Assembly: GCA_023150835.1 (NCBI GenBank)
Contig: JAKLKB010000141.1
Coordinates: 1-38,263 of the forward strand
DNA length: 38,263 bases
Source: Myxococcota bacterium
GTDB taxonomy: Bacteria; Myxococcota_C; UBA6777
Reading direction: 5' to 3'
The translations under genes and the position numbers were made by a program. Below are positions 35,565 to 38,263 of this stretch, one piece after another (positions within the stretch are counted from its first letter, which is position 1; each line of letters opens with the position of its first letter). The notes under the pieces were generated by a model. The model was not told where the DNA came from. It worked only from the letters and a program-made list of their open reading frames with translations, and did no database searches.

Positions 35565-37646
35565 TTATTTCCAACGCAACTTGAGGGCCGGTGTGATGGG
35601 CGACTCTGTTTGAAGGATGCGCCGAAAGACGATCTGTTGTGCGGCGGGTTGTTGAAGGCATTGTTGCACCGAAAAACCTACAGGGCACTGTTTGAGTAAG
35701 ATCTGCGTTTTTCCAGACCACATCTCGATCTCGCAGGCACTTTGACAGCTCGATACAAAAAACCCATCAACATACAAGAAAGCCCACGGTCGGATGAAGA
35801 GACGTTGTCGGAAACGCTTGAGATCGAGGGTGATCTTTTGCTGGAAAGGAGATCGCGAGATCGTGATCGAAAAGGTTTTGCGTAGCCTTATGCGAGGATC
35901 TTGACAAAAGATGCGGTAGTTTCCGGGGGAAAGTCGATGGCTGGTTTGTAGTGGGATGGGATCTTGGTTTTGTTCTTTGGGGAAAAACAGCAAGACTTCT
36001 CGGCAGGTAGAAGGCCATGCGAAGAGGGCGCGGATCTTGGTCGGCTTTGTTGGAGCTTTTTTTCTTCGGGCAGGGACGGGAGAGGCTTCATTGAAGGGAT
36101 TCGTGGGATGTGGGATGGATGGAGAGGATGTTTTTTTGTGGCGAGCAGCGGGGGTTTGTGATCTTTGCAAGGCCGCGATAGTTTCTGCTGTTGGTTTCTC
36201 CGACATTTTTTGAGCATCTGCTTTTTTGGAAGGGAGTATGGGGGGGAGTTTTGATGGATTGTGCGGAGTAGGCGGGGAGAAGCGCGTCGGAGGAGACAAG
36301 CGCAGATCAAAAGCAGTTTGGCTGGGTTGTGGTCGAGTACGTTGGTAGAACAAAAACGCCACAAAGCCACTGCCTGCAAACAAGGCGGCGAGGATCCATA
36401 GAAACGATCCCGCCCAAGTGCGGATTCCAAGCAGAGTTCCTGTTTGATCGTTTGGCAGCGGGAGTGCGAAAGGTGGTTCTGCTTGTGGAAGTTCGGAAGA
36501 AGAGGGTTGCAGCTTTAACGTGAAAGAAGGAAAGGGTTGTGTAAGAAGGGCCAAGCAAGCATCGAGGGTGCGAAAACGATCTTGAGCCCGATAAGCCAAA
36601 CAGCCACGAAGGATCTCTTGGAGTTCTTCGGGCATTCGTAAGACAAGAGGAGGCAAGCCCTGCGGATGAAGCTGGTAAAGTTCAAATAAGTTGCTTGCGG
36701 GAAAGGGTAATTGCCCAGTGATGAGTTGGTACAAGATCACGCCAAGGGAAAAGATATCGGATCGCTGGTCGATATCTTCTCCCCTCGCTTGTTCAGGTGA
36801 CATGTACCAGAGCGTACCCAAGATCACCCCCGAGCTTGAGAGTTCGGTGTTGTGTTTGTTGGTGTCTTTGGAAAGGCCAAAATCGAAAAGCTTTGCTTGA
36901 ATTTTGTTTTGCGGATCGACCGTTAACATGACGTTGTTGGGCTTGAGATCTCGGTGGATAACGCCTTGTGTGTGGGCTTCACGGAGCGCGCTGGCGATCT
37001 GGGAAAAGATCAACAAAGCTTCTTCGGATGCCAAAGGACCGTGTTCACTATACTTTTGTAGAGTGATTCCTTGCAACAGTTCCATGATCATGTATTGCGC
37101 GATCAGGATGCCTTCTTCTTTGTGTTCGCCGTAGCCATAGACTTTTACGCTGTGCGGGCTGCGCAAGCGCGCAAGCGCAGCGACTTCTCGTTCAAAGCGT
37201 ACACAAAGATCGCGTTGTGTGATCTCTTTGTTCAGTTTGATCGCGACTTCTCGTAGAGCGGGGCCGCCTTCTCGCAAAGCGACAGCTCTATAGACTTCTC
37301 CCATCCCTCCCCCGCCGATCCATTCGCGTAATCGGTAGCATACACCATCGCAAGTAAGTGTCTTGTTGCTTAACGGTCCAGTCAGGCGCGTTTGGCAATC
37401 GCGACAGAAAGAGGCGGCTTCTTGTGTTGTTTGGCAGGTCGGTTCCCGACAGGTAAACCAGCGCGAAAGATCAGCGCCGCAGTGTTGACAGCGTTCTTGA
37501 AGGAGCGAGTTTTTTGCGCCGCATTGAAGGCAAGTCGCTGTCGCGATCTTTTGGAGCGCAAGCGAATGCAGGAGCAAAGGCTCGCTTCTTTCGGTGTGCT
37601 GTGGTGTTTTGAGTGTGGAGATAAAATGGGGAGCGTTCTCTTTCAT
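35565..37646 (-). CDS. Membrane Ser/Thr protein kinase with an N-terminal double zinc ribbon and a PEGA-like C-terminus
   Basis: GGGGMGEVY, VAIK, HRDLKPNN, DFG and GTLWYMSPEQ motifs; CLQC/CQHC/CREPTC/CRDC; one TM helix; RPWAFLYVDG motif. Confidence 0.92.
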   Translation of the reverse strand: MKENAPHFISTLKTPQHTERSEPLLLHSLALQKIATATCLQCGAKNSLLQERCQHCGADLSRWFTCREPTCQTTQEAASFCRDCQTRLTGPLSNKTLTCDGVCYRLREWIGGGGMGEVYRAVALREGGPALREVAIKLNKEITQRDLCVRFEREVAALARLRSPHSVKVYGYGEHKEEGILIAQYMIMELLQGITLQKYSEHGPLASEEALLIFSQIASALREAHTQGVIHRDLKPNNVMLTVDPQNKIQAKLFDFGLSKDTNKHNTELSSSGVILGTLWYMSPEQARGEDIDQRSDIFSLGVILYQLITGQLPFPASNLFELYQLHPQGLPPLVLRMPEELQEILRGCLAYRAQDRFRTLDACLALLTQPFPSFTLKLQPSSSELPQAEPPFALPLPNDQTGTLLGIRTWAGSFLWILAALFAGSGFVAFLFYQRTRPQPSQTAFDLRLSPPTRFSPPTPHNPSKLPPILPSKKADAQKMSEKPTAETIAALQRSQTPAARHKKTSSPSIPHPTNPFNEASPVPARRKKAPTKPTKIRALFAWPSTCREVLLFFPKEQNQDPIPLQTSHRLSPGNYRIFCQDPRIRLRKTFSITISRSPFQQKITLDLKRFRQRLFIRPWAFLYVDGFFVSSCQSACEIEMWSGKTQILLKQCPVGFSVQQCLQQPAAQQIVFRRILQTESPITPALKLRWK

Positions 37647-37721
37647 GCGATCCCAGTATCGTTCCTTGTCTGTATTTTTCTAATCTTTTCAGTGATTTAT
37701 GAAGAAGACGAAGAAAAGTCG

Positions 37722-37997
37722 TTGACTTTTGAAAAGGTCGCGTATAGATATACGCCTCGCCTCGGGAGGAAAGCAAGCCTCCAAAACGGGCAAACAAAAA
37801 AACTTCTTGACGAAAACAACATCGTAAAGTAGTAAATCAATCCCCTCTTCTGATGCTGGATAAAGCATCAAAGAAAAAGTCGGAAGAAAGTTCTTGACAA
37901 ATAAAAAAAGTCGAGTAAAAAGATTCTCCCGATAAGAACCTGCGAGGGTTAAAAGTTGAAAAAAGACCTTGACAAATCGGAAAGGCTTTGCTAGACA
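37722..37997 (+). promoter_or_regulatory. Tandem rRNA promoters (up to four)
   Basis: TTGAC hexamers at 37722, 37807, 37894 and 37969, each followed 16-17 nt later by a TA-starting -10-like hexamer; the last is TGnTAGACA. Confidence 0.6.
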
Positions 37998-38031
37998 GAA
38001 TCCTCGCCGCCTTGAAAAAGGCAAAAAAACT

Positions 38032-38044
38032 TGATCTTTGAAAA
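38032..38044 (+). promoter_or_regulatory. rrn antitermination boxA
   Basis: TGATCTTTGAAAA in the rRNA leader. Confidence 0.8.
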
Positions 38045-38181
38045 CTGAATAATAAGAGAGAAGCTACGCGAGAGCGTAGTGGAGAGAAAGGCTCACGTCA
38101 AACGAAAAAGATTCTACGGAATTTTTTTCAACGACAACAAAAAAATCGCATCATTCCAAATGAGATGATGCGTGCAGGATT

Positions 38182-38263
38182 TAACTGGAGAGTTTGATCC
38201 TGGCTCAGAACGAACGTTGGCGGCGTGCTTAACACATGCAAGTCGAGCGCGAATCCTTGCTTC
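38182..38263 (+). rRNA. rrs: 16S rRNA, 5' end (truncated by the window)
   Basis: AGAGTTTGATCCTGGCTCAG at 38189 followed by AACGAACGTTGGCGGCGTGCTTAACACATGCAAGTCG. Confidence 0.98.

Overview
Bacterial chromosomal window, probably Myxococcota/Deltaproteobacteria-like (inferred from the 16S 5' end, giant Cys-rich lipoproteins, a Hanks kinase and the DUF4388-phoH-ybeY block). The centrepiece is a ~1.2 kb AT-rich non-coding region (about 25550-26760). By hand count it holds 23 DnaA boxes (16 perfect TTATCCACA, 7 with one mismatch), many phased at 12 or 21 bp and converging on an AT-rich spacer, plus an IHF consensus site. It sits where the + strand visibly switches from C-rich to G-rich. It is most likely oriC, but no dnaA/dnaN/gyrB or parAB gene is in the window. 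Left of it are a VapBC-type TA pair bracketed by 29-bp direct repeats, a GcvT-family dehydrogenase, two very large Cys-rich repeat lipoproteins flanking a tetraheme cytochrome c/metallophosphoesterase-like fusion, tRNA-His + hisS, MaoC + CitE-like lyase and a beta-propeller amidohydrolase. Right of it are a scramblase/LURP-like gene, mazG, a TPR membrane protein, a DUF4388-like gene, phoH, ybeY, rsmG, a Ser/Thr kinase and the start of a 16S rRNA gene. Intergenic DNA carries six copies of a ~130-150 bp hairpin-rich repeat. Two of these copies host a nested ~250 bp cassette in opposite orientations, and a third site carries a recombinant cassette end. All counts and coordinates were done by eye; no database searches were run.
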